DNA of 64,000 nt from Flavobacteriales bacterium (GTDB lineage Bacteria; Bacteroidota; Bacteroidia; Flavobacteriales_D; CAJJDF01): contig CBFHPW010000012.1 in assembly GCA_965657945.1 (NCBI GenBank), forward strand, positions 2,109 to 66,108, written 5' to 3'. The position numbers were made by a program, and so were the translations under genes. A model generated the notes under the pieces. It was not told the origin of the DNA. It was given only the letters and a program-made list of their open reading frames with translations, and did no database searches. Below are positions 47,532-58,004 of this stretch, in pieces. Position 1 is the stretch's first letter. Each line of letters starts with the position of its first letter.

Positions 47532-50072
47532 TTAACGTTCTATATGATTTTTGAATCTGAGCAATAAGGATGGAAGTAAAACTAAGTTACACAACATAGC
47601 TACTAACAGGGTAATTGAAACCAAAATTCCTAATGCTTGGGTACCTCCATAACTTGAAGCAATGAAAATGGAAAAGCCAAAAAACAAAATAATGGAGGTG
47701 TAAAACATACTGACGCCCGTTTCGCGCAAGGCGTTGTACACTGCCACACCTATATCCTTGTTGTGTAATTTTAGCTCTTGCTTAAACTTGGCTAAAAAAT
47801 GGATTGCATCATCTACTGCAATACCCAGGGATATACTAAACACCAAAATAGTGGATGGTTTTAGGTCTACGCCAAAGTATCCCATGAGGCCGGCAGTAAA
47901 TAGGAGTGGGATAATATTGGAAATAATTGAAATTAATACAATCCAAAAAGAGCGGAAGAGGAAAGCCATCAGTAGCGCAATTCCGATAATCGCAAACATC
48001 AAACTAATGAGTAAGTTAATAATTAAATACTTGGTTCCTTTGGCAAATGGAACGGTAAATCCTGTCACTTGATTGCCTATATAAGTATAATCAATCGCTG
48101 CATTCAGCCCCTTCAAATCGGTTGATACGATTTCCTGGTAGTTCAGTCCATTCATATCGTACTCATCGTATTTATCGGAATTGATTTCTCTCAGATGAGC
48201 AAGGTAGGCAAACTCAACATAAGGAAATTCAGCCAATAACGAATCTAGGTAAGCCTCGCTTTCTTCTTTTTCAGTCGATTCAATTTTTGCCAATATCCTA
48301 GAGATTTCTTTTTTATCGGGGTTTAATATTTCATCAACTTCTGGTTTCACCTTCTCGATTAAGCTATCTAGTTTATCTACGCCCATGTCATAAATTTGCG
48401 AAGTAATTCTAGTTTTTGTACCCGAAGAATCCATAAACATATTGAGCGAAATTCCTACAGTTGTGATGGTATCTTCTTCTAGTTTTCTGGCTATTTTTCT
48501 CAAATACTTGGTCTCAGGAATTTGGTAATCGCTTGGTGCTCCTTTGTAAATTACGGATTGATTTACGAATTTAAGCGCATCTACAAGCGAGGTTGTTCGC
48601 GATACTACCGGATAGGATTCTAAATAGCGTTGAACACTATCTATTTTTTCTAGTACGTTTCTTCTAAATCGATTTCTTTTGTTCTTTACATCCAATACAA
48701 TCTCAAAAGGCATTGTTCCCGCCAAGTGATCTTGAAACATGACTAAATCCGTTTTCACTTTATCTCCATTTGGCAAATCATCTACCATTTTACCCGAAGG
48801 TTTCAAGAAAGTAATTCCATAAACACAAATGATCACAACAATTGCCGTAACCCTAAATACCAATTTCTTTTTGTGTCTCACGGTATGTCTCAAAATAGAT
48901 AGGAGCTTTCCTATCCAGTTCTTCTCTAGGTGCTTCATGTGCCTTTTTTTTGGCGGATTCAGGAAACTAAATAAGATAGGAATAAGAACAGTTGTAAGAA
49001 GAAACAGCAAAATGATACTAAAAAATGCAACAGAACCGAATTCGAACAACAACATGCTATTTGTAAAAATAAAAGTTCCAAAACCAAATGCAGTCGTAAC
49101 ATTCGTCAGAAAGGTGATGTGGCCAATTTTTTTAATTACATTTTTCAATGCATATTCTTTGTCCTGAGAGTCTAAATAAAGTTGCTGATATTTATTGATA
49201 AGGTATACACAATTGGGAATCCCAATTACGATAATTAGAGGAGGTAGCAACCCCATAATAACAGTAAGTTTATACCCATAAATCCCCACAATTCCCATTG
49301 TCCAAGTAACACCAATCAACACAATAAGTACTGAGATTGCAACCACCCTTACTGAACGAAAGAAGAAAAAGAGAACAAGGACTGTGGCAAGTAGTGAAAG
49401 CATCATGAACTTGGCTAACTCAGATCTAATTTTCAACATATTTGTTGCCCTAATAAACGGCAAACCGGTGTAATAAAATTCTCCTTGAAACTCATTTTCG
49501 AATTTCGATCCAATTGTTCTGATCTCCTCAACAAATCTGCCTCTCTCTTTGGAGTTAAAGAATTCTGAATTTACCATGAGCATCATGGCGTGAAAATTCT
49601 CTTTGTCATTAAAGACCGTTCCTTTGTAAAAAGGCAAAGTTCTGATTTTCTTCTTGATAACCTCTAATTCCGCCAGGCTTTCAATTTTATTGGGCGAAAT
49701 AGGAACTATGGCAAATGGGGCAGTGCTATCCAGCTTCTCAATCGTGTAAAAATTGGCTTCTGAAAAGGAAGAGTCTATCCCCTGAACTCGCGAAAGTTCA
49801 TTTCCTAATTCTTTCCATTTATTAAATTTCTCAACCGAATAAAATTCAGGATCTTGTACACCTATCAGAATATTAAACCCATCATTCCCAAACATCTCCT
49901 TAAACTCCTCGTAGGCAACATTGTCTGGATGGTCTTGGGGAAGCAGTTTGGGCATTTCATAATCGAGCTCTACTGTAGTGGCATAGTAACCAAAAAATGA
50001 AGTGATTATAGCTAAAACCAATAAGATTATTATTCTAAAATTTAGTATAAAATGTGCAAGTTTTTCTCCCAA
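47532..50072 (-). CDS. MMPL/RND-family transporter
   Basis: Duplicated TM bundles, IVIGIPNCVYLINKY and ISLGIAVDDAIHFL; TTG start. Confidence 0.9.
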   Translation of the reverse strand: MGEKLAHFILNFRIIILLVLAIITSFFGYYATTVELDYEMPKLLPQDHPDNVAYEEFKEMFGNDGFNILIGVQDPEFYSVEKFNKWKELGNELSRVQGIDSSFSEANFYTIEKLDSTAPFAIVPISPNKIESLAELEVIKKKIRTLPFYKGTVFNDKENFHAMMLMVNSEFFNSKERGRFVEEIRTIGSKFENEFQGEFYYTGLPFIRATNMLKIRSELAKFMMLSLLATVLVLFFFFRSVRVVAISVLIVLIGVTWTMGIVGIYGYKLTVIMGLLPPLIIVIGIPNCVYLINKYQQLYLDSQDKEYALKNVIKKIGHITFLTNVTTAFGFGTFIFTNSMLLFEFGSVAFFSIILLFLLTTVLIPILFSFLNPPKKRHMKHLEKNWIGKLLSILRHTVRHKKKLVFRVTAIVVIICVYGITFLKPSGKMVDDLPNGDKVKTDLVMFQDHLAGTMPFEIVLDVKNKRNRFRRNVLEKIDSVQRYLESYPVVSRTTSLVDALKFVNQSVIYKGAPSDYQIPETKYLRKIARKLEEDTITTVGISLNMFMDSSGTKTRITSQIYDMGVDKLDSLIEKVKPEVDEILNPDKKEISRILAKIESTEKEESEAYLDSLLAEFPYVEFAYLAHLREINSDKYDEYDMNGLNYQEIVSTDLKGLNAAIDYTYIGNQVTGFTVPFAKGTKYLIINLLISLMFAIIGIALLMAFLFRSFWIVLISIISNIIPLLFTAGLMGYFGVDLKPSTILVFSISLGIAVDDAIHFLAKFKQELKLHNKDIGVAVYNALRETGVSMFYTSIILFFGFSIFIASSYGGTQALGILVSITLLVAMLCNLVLLPSLLLRFKNHIER

Positions 50073-50152
50073 AATTCTTTTTTATAAAATTAATAAAAAA
50101 ATGGCTAACCTTTTACAAAGCTAGCCATTCCTTAACCGTTTCATAACCTGTA

Positions 50153-50938
50153 TTATTTCTTCAATAATTTTCCAATCATTTTTGTTACTTCTTCATTCAA
50201 CTCCTCCGCCATTTCAGCGTCTATTAAGATTCTTCCACTGTGCTCATCGTAAATGATTTTTTTTCTTGAAGCAATTTCAATTTGCCTTTGTGGTGGGATG
50301 CTGATAAATGATCCACCCGATGCACCTCTTTCCACAGGAACAACCGCTAATCCATTCTTTGCTCCTCCTCTTATTCTTTTGTAAGCTCTCAACAATCTTT
50401 CGTCAATCTTTTTTGCTTCTTTTTCAGATCTCTCTGTCAAAATAGCCTCCTCACTTTCTGTTTCAGAAATAATTTCATTCAGCTCTTTGTTCTTTTGGTC
50501 CAGTAAGTCTTGCTTCTCTTGAACTCTTGCTGTTGCCTCTTCTAGTACTTCTTTCTTACTTTCAGATTTGAATTTAAACTCTTTGATTTTCTTTTCGCAC
50601 AATTGAATCTCTAATTCTTGGAATTCAATTTCTTTCGAAAGCGAATCAAACTCTCTGTTATTTCTAACATTTCCCTGCTGCTCTTTGTATTTTTGAATAA
50701 TTTCATTCGCATCTACCATCATGTTCTTCCTGTCAGATACTTTGGTATCCAACTCAGAAATCTCAGCCTCAATGTTCTCTTTTCTTATAGTAAGTCCCTC
50801 TATTTCATCTTCCAAATCCTGAACTTCCAAAGGTAATTCACCTCTAATTGTTCTGATTTTATCAATATTCGAGTCGATTAATTGAAGTGTATAAATACCT
50901 CTTAATTTATCTTCAACTGTTTGAATTTTTTTTGCCAT
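50153..50938 (-). CDS. Coiled-coil C4-type zinc-ribbon family protein (DUF164-like), Cys ligands not evident
   Basis: LQLIDSNIDKIRTIRGELPLEV, long coiled coil, GLAVVPVERGASGGSF...HSGRILID. Likely start MAKKIQ 50938; the MYIC extension overlaps TACATTTG at 50974-50967. Confidence 0.85.
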   Translation of the reverse strand: MAKKIQTVEDKLRGIYTLQLIDSNIDKIRTIRGELPLEVQDLEDEIEGLTIRKENIEAEISELDTKVSDRKNMMVDANEIIQKYKEQQGNVRNNREFDSLSKEIEFQELEIQLCEKKIKEFKFKSESKKEVLEEATARVQEKQDLLDQKNKELNEIISETESEEAILTERSEKEAKKIDERLLRAYKRIRGGAKNGLAVVPVERGASGGSFISIPPQRQIEIASRKKIIYDEHSGRILIDAEMAEELNEEVTKMIGKLLKK

Positions 50939-51158
50939 ATCTTTTAACGTGATGTTTTTCGAACTGCAAATGTACACAATTCTTATTTATTAACAGAGAG
51001 AAAGCGGATTGATTTTGGGATTAATTAACGTATTTTCTATACATTCCTACACTCAGATATGGATAAAATTAAGAAACAAACGTTGGAATTTAACTATTTT
51101 AATCCTTACATTTACGGCTGTCGCGGTAATGAAACCAAGACTTTTTTAAAACAAAATA

Positions 51159-53219
51159 ATGATTATAAACAGATTACAAACAACTTTTGCTTTTATACTT
51201 GCGGCTGGTTTAGCTTTGTCTCAAGGAAGCGTAGATAGAGATAAATTTTGTGCTCATGACCACGATTTATACCAAAGAATTCAAACGGATTCAAAATTTG
51301 CAAGAGAAGTAGATTCTGTGGAACAAATTCAAAACGCCCATTTAGCTGCCTACAAAGAAAGCTCAAATAGGTCCGGAACAATTTACTACATTCCTGTTGT
51401 GTATCATATTCTGCACGAAGGAGGAGTCGAAAATATTTCTGATGCACAAATAAAAAGTGACTTAAACGATCTAAATGATTCTTACAGAAAAAGGAATGCA
51501 AATGTCAATGCAGTCAACCCTGCTTTTCAAGGTATTTCTGCCGATGTAGAAATAGAGTTTCGTTTAGCTCAAAAGAAAAATGACGGAACCTGCTTTAGCG
51601 GAATTACAAGAACTTACTCTTCTGCAACCAACACAGGTGGCAATGCGGCAGCCGATGCAGTAAAATTAGCGCACGGAGATTTTCCAGGAAACAAATACAT
51701 GAATATTTATATTGCCAAGGATATTGGAGGTGCGGCCGGTTATACATACCGACCTGGCCCTCCTTTTTATTCCGATATGAGAAATGGAATACATGTATTA
51801 CACACATACGTAGGAAACATAGGAACTTCTTCACAAACGGGATACAACACAACGCTTGCTCACGAAGCAGGACATTGGCTTAATTTAGCTCACCTTTGGG
51901 GAAATTCGAACAACCCTGGCCTAGCATCGAACTGCTCAGGAGATGATGGGATATCAGATACGCCAAATAGCATTGGCTGGACTTTTTGTAACACAGCAGG
52001 AGTTTCTTGCGGTACTCTTGACAACGTAGAAAACATTATGGAATACTCTTATTGCTCTAAAATGTTTACAAATGGACAAAGAACAAGAATGCGGGCGGCT
52101 GCAACCTCGGTAATTGGTGGAAGAAACAATTTGATAACGGCAGGAAATCATTCAGCAACAGGAATATTCGATGACATTATTTGTAGCGCTGACTTTGAAG
52201 CAGAAAATGAATCTGTTTGTCAAAATACACCTATCCAATTTTATGATAACTCTTACCACAATCCGACTAGCTGGTCATGGAGTTTCCCTGGTGGAACACC
52301 TTCTTCCTCTAATTTAGAAAACCCGGTTGTCACCTACAGTAGCCCTGGCAGACACAATGTTTCTTTAACAGTGACTAACGCTAGTGGAACTAAAACGGTT
52401 ACGAGAACTCAGTACATGAGAGTTTTACCAGCTTGGGGATTAGCGTTGCCCTATTCTGAGGGTTTTGAGGGAAGTGTCACTCAATTTGAGGATAGCTGGG
52501 AAACAATCGCTAATGATACGAATTCTTGGTCATTGAATTCAGCTAATTTTAGTGGTTCCAATAGTGCTATGCTAAGAAATTATTCAATCAGCGATGGATT
52601 AGAAAGTGAGATTATCAGCCCATCACTTAACTTGACCGGCAATACCGCTGTGAATATTTCGTTTAAATACGCGTACGCTAGAAAAACTAACTCGACCGGT
52701 GAGTCCGTTCAATTCTTGATTTCAAATAATTGTGGAGCCAGTTGGGTAATAGCGAGAGGATTAAACCCGACTGCTGCTTCTACCAACTCAGAGTTTTTTC
52801 CCGCTTCCAATCAATGGGGAAATCAAAACATTTCAATAAATAATTCATTTTTCACTTCGAATTTCAGGTTTAAGATAAAAGTAATTAACGGGAATGGTAA
52901 CAACTTTTTTATTGATGACATTAATATCAACAACACAGTAGGAATGGAAGAAATAGAGGGATTGACTAATCTTAGTCTCTATCCAAATCCGATGAACGAT
53001 CGAGCAACCATAGCGCTTAGTCTAAGTAAAGAAAGTAAAGTGAATGTTCAGTTATTAAATACATTAGGGCAAACTATTCAAAACATTTCGAACAAGGCAC
53101 CACTGAGCCAAGGTGAGCACACAATGGTGGTTGAAAAAGGTAATTTATCGCCTGGAGTTTATTTCTTATCGGTGGAGCTGGACGGAAATAGAAAAATAGA
53201 AAAACTCATCATTCAATAA
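51159..53219 (+). CDS. M43 (pappalysin/ulilysin-like) zinc metalloprotease with PKD domain and T9SS type A CTD
   Basis: IPVVYHIL, HEAGHWLNLAH, Met-turn ENIMEYS, FTNGQRTRM; PKD WSWSFPGG; LYPNPM...PGVYF...KLIIQ. Confidence 0.92.
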   Translation: MIINRLQTTFAFILAAGLALSQGSVDRDKFCAHDHDLYQRIQTDSKFAREVDSVEQIQNAHLAAYKESSNRSGTIYYIPVVYHILHEGGVENISDAQIKSDLNDLNDSYRKRNANVNAVNPAFQGISADVEIEFRLAQKKNDGTCFSGITRTYSSATNTGGNAAADAVKLAHGDFPGNKYMNIYIAKDIGGAAGYTYRPGPPFYSDMRNGIHVLHTYVGNIGTSSQTGYNTTLAHEAGHWLNLAHLWGNSNNPGLASNCSGDDGISDTPNSIGWTFCNTAGVSCGTLDNVENIMEYSYCSKMFTNGQRTRMRAAATSVIGGRNNLITAGNHSATGIFDDIICSADFEAENESVCQNTPIQFYDNSYHNPTSWSWSFPGGTPSSSNLENPVVTYSSPGRHNVSLTVTNASGTKTVTRTQYMRVLPAWGLALPYSEGFEGSVTQFEDSWETIANDTNSWSLNSANFSGSNSAMLRNYSISDGLESEIISPSLNLTGNTAVNISFKYAYARKTNSTGESVQFLISNNCGASWVIARGLNPTAASTNSEFFPASNQWGNQNISINNSFFTSNFRFKIKVINGNGNNFFIDDININNTVGMEEIEGLTNLSLYPNPMNDRATIALSLSKESKVNVQLLNTLGQTIQNISNKAPLSQGEHTMVVEKGNLSPGVYFLSVELDGNRKIEKLIIQ

Positions 53220-53236
53220 CCATTTTTTTAAGCAAC

Positions 53237-53269
53237 AAAAAAGCCGATTGGGTTCCAATCGGCTTTTTT
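53237..53269. terminator. Bidirectional intrinsic terminator
   Basis: A6-GCCGATTGG-gtt-CCAATCGGC-T6, a perfect stem. Confidence 0.92.
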
Positions 53270-53286
53270 ATTGTCTTGTAAGTTTA

Positions 53287-53469
53287 TTATGATTCAAATA
53301 CTTCTAGGATAACGTCTTTGTATAAATGACCGAACTGGGCCAAACACCATACTTTGAGAATCAAAGCATCCTTTGGTTTTAGCCATCTTTTGGCCTTTTG
53401 CAATTCTTTTTTAAATAAATACTTGTCGAAACTTATTTTACCTAGAACAGTTTTACAAAATTCTAACAT
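53287..53469 (-). CDS. Small hypothetical protein (60 aa)
   Basis: MLEFCKTVLGKISFDKYLFKKELQKAKRWL...; own intergenic slot ending at the terminator; resembles small proteins I recall from other Bacteroidota. Confidence 0.7.
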   Translation of the reverse strand: MLEFCKTVLGKISFDKYLFKKELQKAKRWLKPKDALILKVWCLAQFGHLYKDVILEVFES

Positions 53470-53576
53470 GACTTTATTTTTTTTTGATTACACTTAAAAT
53501 TACGTCTAAAAAAATAAAATATTGCTGCCATTTAACGAAAGTTATCAAATTTTAACAATTGAAAAAAACATCTTAA

Positions 53577-55088
53577 TTATCTCATCTTTACTAGACCTTG
53601 TTTCAGTCTGTTTAGTGTTTCTTCCTTCCCTAGGATCGCGGCAATTTGAAACATAGAAGGTCCCATTCCTTTCCCAGTTACGAGCACTCTGAAATTCGGC
53701 AACACAGCTCCCATCCCAAGTTCATTTTCCGAAAGATAAGTTTTGAATGCAGTCTCCACGTTTTCAGTCGAGAACTCTTGAATTTTATCAAATTTCTCAA
53801 TCATTGCTTCAATAATGGCAGGAGTTCCTTCTTTCCATTTTTTCTTGATGGTTTTTTCATCAAAAGTAGTTGGGGGTTGAAAATAAAAGTCATCTTCAGT
53901 CATGTCGGCTACAAATACAGCTCTTTCCTTCAACAGTTCTGTTACTTTTACCAAGTAGTCATCTTCCACTTTAAAACTTAGTATCGGTTTCAGCAGTACT
54001 GCCAATTCCTCATTGGATTTCATCCTCAAAAACTGTTCGTTGTACCACTTCGTTTTTACAGGGTCAAATTTTGCTCCTGATTTCCCTACTCTTTCCAATG
54101 AAAAAGCTTGAATCAACTCTTCCAAACTAAATAATTCTTGCTCAGTTCCCGGATTCCAACCCAAGAAAGCGAGCATATTAACAAATGCTTCTTTGAAATA
54201 TCCGTCTTCTCGATACCCAGCAGAAATTTCTCCACTAGCGGGATCTTTCCACTCAAGAGGAAACACTGGAAATCCTCCTTTCACGCCATCTCTTTTGCTT
54301 AATTTACCTTTTCCGTCTGGCTTTAATATAAGAGGTAAATGAGCAAACTTTGGCATGGTATCTTCCCAGCCAAGATACTTATATAACAAAACATGAAGTG
54401 GGGCACTTGGCAACCACTCTTCTCCTCTAATCACGTGCGTAATTTGCATCAAATGATCATCTACAATATTGGCTAAGTGGTAAGTTGGCAATCCATCAGA
54501 TTTGTACAGAACTTTATCATCCATGTTGGCCGTGTTTACAACTACCCATCCTCTAATTTCATCGTAAAATCGCACCTCTTCGTTTCTCGGTAATTTCATC
54601 CGAATAACATACGGTTCTCCACTTTCTATTCTTTGAGCTACTTCGTCTGCAGACAAACTTGTTGAGTTTTTCAAATATTGCCTCGTAATTGCATCATACG
54701 CGAAAGTTTTCCCTTCTTTTTGACTTCTTTCTCTCGCTTCGGTCAATTCTTCCGAAGTATCAAAAGCGTAATAAGCTTTGTCATTTTCCAGTAAGAAATC
54801 TGCATATTCTTTGTACAAATGCATTCTTTCACTTTGCTTGTAAGGTCCGTATTCTCCGCCTACACCTTGACCTTCATTGTGAGGGATTCCTGCCCACTTG
54901 AGCGACTCTATCACATACTCTTCGGCACCTTCTACAAATCTCTTTTGATCCGTATCTTCTATTCTCAAGATAAAATCACCTCCGTGTTTCTTGGCAAATA
55001 AATAATTGAACAACGCTGTTCTTACTCCTCCAATATGCAATGGCCCTGTTGGACTTGGCGCAAATCTTACTCTTACTTTTTCTGACAT
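53577..55088 (-). CDS. gltX: Glutamate--tRNA ligase
   Basis: RFAPSPTGPLHIGG (HIGH), LRIEDTD and KLSKRDG (KMSKS-like). Confidence 0.98.
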   Translation of the reverse strand: MSEKVRVRFAPSPTGPLHIGGVRTALFNYLFAKKHGGDFILRIEDTDQKRFVEGAEEYVIESLKWAGIPHNEGQGVGGEYGPYKQSERMHLYKEYADFLLENDKAYYAFDTSEELTEARERSQKEGKTFAYDAITRQYLKNSTSLSADEVAQRIESGEPYVIRMKLPRNEEVRFYDEIRGWVVVNTANMDDKVLYKSDGLPTYHLANIVDDHLMQITHVIRGEEWLPSAPLHVLLYKYLGWEDTMPKFAHLPLILKPDGKGKLSKRDGVKGGFPVFPLEWKDPASGEISAGYREDGYFKEAFVNMLAFLGWNPGTEQELFSLEELIQAFSLERVGKSGAKFDPVKTKWYNEQFLRMKSNEELAVLLKPILSFKVEDDYLVKVTELLKERAVFVADMTEDDFYFQPPTTFDEKTIKKKWKEGTPAIIEAMIEKFDKIQEFSTENVETAFKTYLSENELGMGAVLPNFRVLVTGKGMGPSMFQIAAILGKEETLNRLKQGLVKMR

Positions 55089-55259
55089 GTTTTTTGTCTT
55101 TTATAGGTTCCCAAGATGATTGGGATAAATTGATTTAAACTTTAATTTTCGTTCTTTCCTCGAAATATTTATGCAGCAGTACTTCTTTATAAAATTCCTC
55201 AAACTAATTCACTTTTCATTTTGTATTTCAACAAAAACGGCCTAATTATCTGTTCAAGC

Positions 55260-56321
55260 CTACTTCACACGACTCATTTTCATGGCTTTCAACATCCAAG
55301 TCGGCAAGCTTTTTTCTGGGTTTCTTTTCTTTAGATTGATGTACCACCCAATTTTTTTCATCAAAGGGACTTTATGGGTTTCTACAAACTCAATTAAAGC
55401 GCCATCAGGATCTTCGATATACGAAAATCTTCCAGCAGCTTCTCCCATATCAAACGAATTATCACTATCCACGGTAAATGGAAAACCAGCTAATTTACAA
55501 TCCTTCTTGAGCAGCTCCATTCGTTGTACATCAAAACACAAATGAATAAATCCCCAGTCACCCCAAAATCTGTTTTCAAATATCTTTCTTGGGTTCCCTC
55601 CAATTTCCTGAACCAATTCGATGGTTGTGGGGCCAAGTAACTTTGCAAAAGCTCCTACTCTCGGTTTCTTGTGCGACAATTGTACTCTTCTGAAGGTTTT
55701 ACCGCCAGAGGGTAAACCTTTGAAACATGAGAATTCGGCCGTTTCATCAAAATCGATTGTTTCATAGCCTAATACATCTCGGTATAATTTTAATGATTTT
55801 TCAATATCAGAAACTCCTAAGATTGCTCCAGCCACTCCACCAGTTTTTGCTGGATGTTTCGTGTCCACAAAAAATTCTTTTCCTTCTACTACATTAAAAA
55901 TATTTCCGTTGGGGTCTTTCACAAAAAAGTTTTCCTGCCCCACAGGGTTTTGGGTGATATCTCCCAAAATTTCTACGCCTTTTTTATTCAAGTAATTGAA
56001 CGTTGCTTTTACATCTCTTGATTTGATTTTACAGCTATAAATCCCTAAGTCACCTAACTGGATATCGAATTCGGCTTTCTCTGTGTTTCGACTGGTATAT
56101 TGCCAAATTTCGAAACCCCCTCCACTTTCCATACTCAGAGCAAGCGTAGCTGTTCTGCTCTGAACCTTGTCTCCAGTATACTTAGTCATTAAAGGAGCTT
56201 CAGCTGCCTCTTCAAACACTTTAATATCCATACCAAACATTTCACGGTACCAAGCAAACATTTTTTCTACGTCTGGTACTCCAATTCCCATCTGTTGAAT
56301 TCCACTGATAATTTTTTCCAT
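55260..56321 (-). CDS. VOC/glyoxalase family protein (tandem domains)
   Basis: IQQMGIGVPD, FFVKDPNGNIFN and FSYIEDPDGALIEFVE; TATCTTTG box at 56348-56341. Confidence 0.85.
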   Translation of the reverse strand: MEKIISGIQQMGIGVPDVEKMFAWYREMFGMDIKVFEEAAEAPLMTKYTGDKVQSRTATLALSMESGGGFEIWQYTSRNTEKAEFDIQLGDLGIYSCKIKSRDVKATFNYLNKKGVEILGDITQNPVGQENFFVKDPNGNIFNVVEGKEFFVDTKHPAKTGGVAGAILGVSDIEKSLKLYRDVLGYETIDFDETAEFSCFKGLPSGGKTFRRVQLSHKKPRVGAFAKLLGPTTIELVQEIGGNPRKIFENRFWGDWGFIHLCFDVQRMELLKKDCKLAGFPFTVDSDNSFDMGEAAGRFSYIEDPDGALIEFVETHKVPLMKKIGWYINLKKRNPEKSLPTWMLKAMKMSRVK

Positions 56322-56416
56322 AGTGCTTTGAATTTGGTGGCAAAGATAGTGTTTTGTCGAGGATAATACAATCCCATAAAAAAAGAAAATGCTTACCTTG
56401 TGGGTAGATTATTTCC

Positions 56417-57436
56417 ATGACACAACCACTCGTATCCATCCTTATTCCTTTTTTTAATGAAGAGGCATTTATCAAAAATGCTATTCAGTCTTGTTTGAAT
56501 CAGACCTATAAGAACATTGAGATTATTTTAGTAGATGATTTCTCTACAGATAGATCTGTCGAAATCATTCAGTCCTTTCATTCCAACAAAATCAAATTAG
56601 CAAAAGGGAACGAGAAGGGAGTTGGCTTTGCCCGCAACAAAGCGCTTGAATTAATGACTGGACACTATTGTGCTTTCCTGGATGCTGATGATCAATTAGC
56701 TCCGGAATTTGTGGAGGTATGTCTTCAAAAACTTATTGAGTTTAATTGTGACATTGCAGTTTTTGGCACCAAAGTATTTAATACGGAAGGTGAAGAAATC
56801 ACAAAAAAGAAAAATGAAAGTACTCAAATAATTTCTGGACCGGAAGCATTACTCACTATGTATTCCTATGAGATTATTCCGTCTGTTTGGGGAAAGCTTT
56901 TTTCTGTCAACTTACTAAGTAATCAAAAGTTTTCAGTTGGCTTTGTATTCGAGGACAAACCATTTATGGTGGAATTATTCTTAAAAACCAAACAGGTATT
57001 TGTGGGATCAAGCAACCTATACCTCCATTATGCAAATCCAAATTCGATCACGAGAAGCACTCTTACTGCGAAACGGATCTCCGATAGCACGACCTCCTTT
57101 TTCAAAGAATTAGAAACGCTTGTTTCGTCAAACCAAGATAGAGAAACTTTGCGCCTATCGTTTGTTTATCAACTCAACATCATGGTCGATATTTTTTTGA
57201 TGATTTGGATGGATAGAAAAGTTATTCCAAAAAGAGACATTTTTTCAATATTCCACAGAGATTTAGCTAAAATCAACAGAGAAGCCAGCAAACATTCCGT
57301 TGCGTTTTCCGTCAAAAGAAATCTACTTCTAAAGATCTTAACTGGTTCAAGAATCATTGGTGCCAGAATTCCTTTTCTTGTGCTAAAAAACTACTATCGA
57401 ACTCAATATAATTTCATCAAAAACATAAAGAAATAA
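56417..57436 (+). CDS. Glycosyltransferase family 2
   Basis: VSILIPFFN, ILVDDFSTD, ARNKAL, FLDADD and FEDKPF. Confidence 0.92.
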   Translation: MTQPLVSILIPFFNEEAFIKNAIQSCLNQTYKNIEIILVDDFSTDRSVEIIQSFHSNKIKLAKGNEKGVGFARNKALELMTGHYCAFLDADDQLAPEFVEVCLQKLIEFNCDIAVFGTKVFNTEGEEITKKKNESTQIISGPEALLTMYSYEIIPSVWGKLFSVNLLSNQKFSVGFVFEDKPFMVELFLKTKQVFVGSSNLYLHYANPNSITRSTLTAKRISDSTTSFFKELETLVSSNQDRETLRLSFVYQLNIMVDIFLMIWMDRKVIPKRDIFSIFHRDLAKINREASKHSVAFSVKRNLLLKILTGSRIIGARIPFLVLKNYYRTQYNFIKNIKK

Positions 57437-57467
57437 AAAAGGTGGACACTTTCGTGTCCACCTTTTT
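57435..57467. terminator. Bidirectional intrinsic terminator
   Basis: A6-GGTGGACAC-tttc-GTGTCCACC-T5. Confidence 0.9.
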
Positions 57468-57487
57468 AGATGATTTGTTTGGGTTAC

Positions 57488-57856
57488 TTAAAACGGTAAA
57501 TCGTCTCCTTCAAAGTCGCTTCCTGAATCAAACGGAGACTCAGAACTTGGCAATGGTGCGGCATTATCTGGCACTACATTTGCTCCTGGTGCTGCTCCTG
57601 CTCCCTTGTCTATTTTCCATGCATTTAGGTTTACAAAATACTTTCCGTTGTATTCATTTCCTCTTAGATTAAAGTGAACATTTACCTCATCGTTGACTTT
57701 AAAATTATCCAGCATTCCACACTTTTCTTTGTACACTTCAAATTTAATGTCTTGAGGATATTGTTCGGCAGTTGTAACTACTATCTCTCTTTTTTCAAAT
57801 CCACTTCCAAACGTTTGTTTGTCAAATATCACTTTTACTTTTCCTGCTAATTCCAT
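57488..57856 (-). CDS. DUF3127 family protein (OB-fold-like, acidic tail)
   Basis: MELAGKVK, FEKREIVVTT.EQYPQ, FNLRGNEYNGKYF and tail DDLPF; TACCTTTG box at 57894-57887. Confidence 0.88.
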   Translation of the reverse strand: MELAGKVKVIFDKQTFGSGFEKREIVVTTAEQYPQDIKFEVYKEKCGMLDNFKVNDEVNVHFNLRGNEYNGKYFVNLNAWKIDKGAGAAPGANVVPDNAAPLPSSESPFDSGSDFEGDDLPF

Positions 57857-58004
57857 TACTTATTTTTTATATTATTAAAGATTATGCAAAGGTATTAAAA
57901 TACACTAAATATTCTCTTCTTTGTTTTAGTTTCATTCAATTTACTCAATCAAATACTCATGAAAAGACCCCCAAAAGAAGGAAACAACAACTGTGTCGAG
58001 CCTA

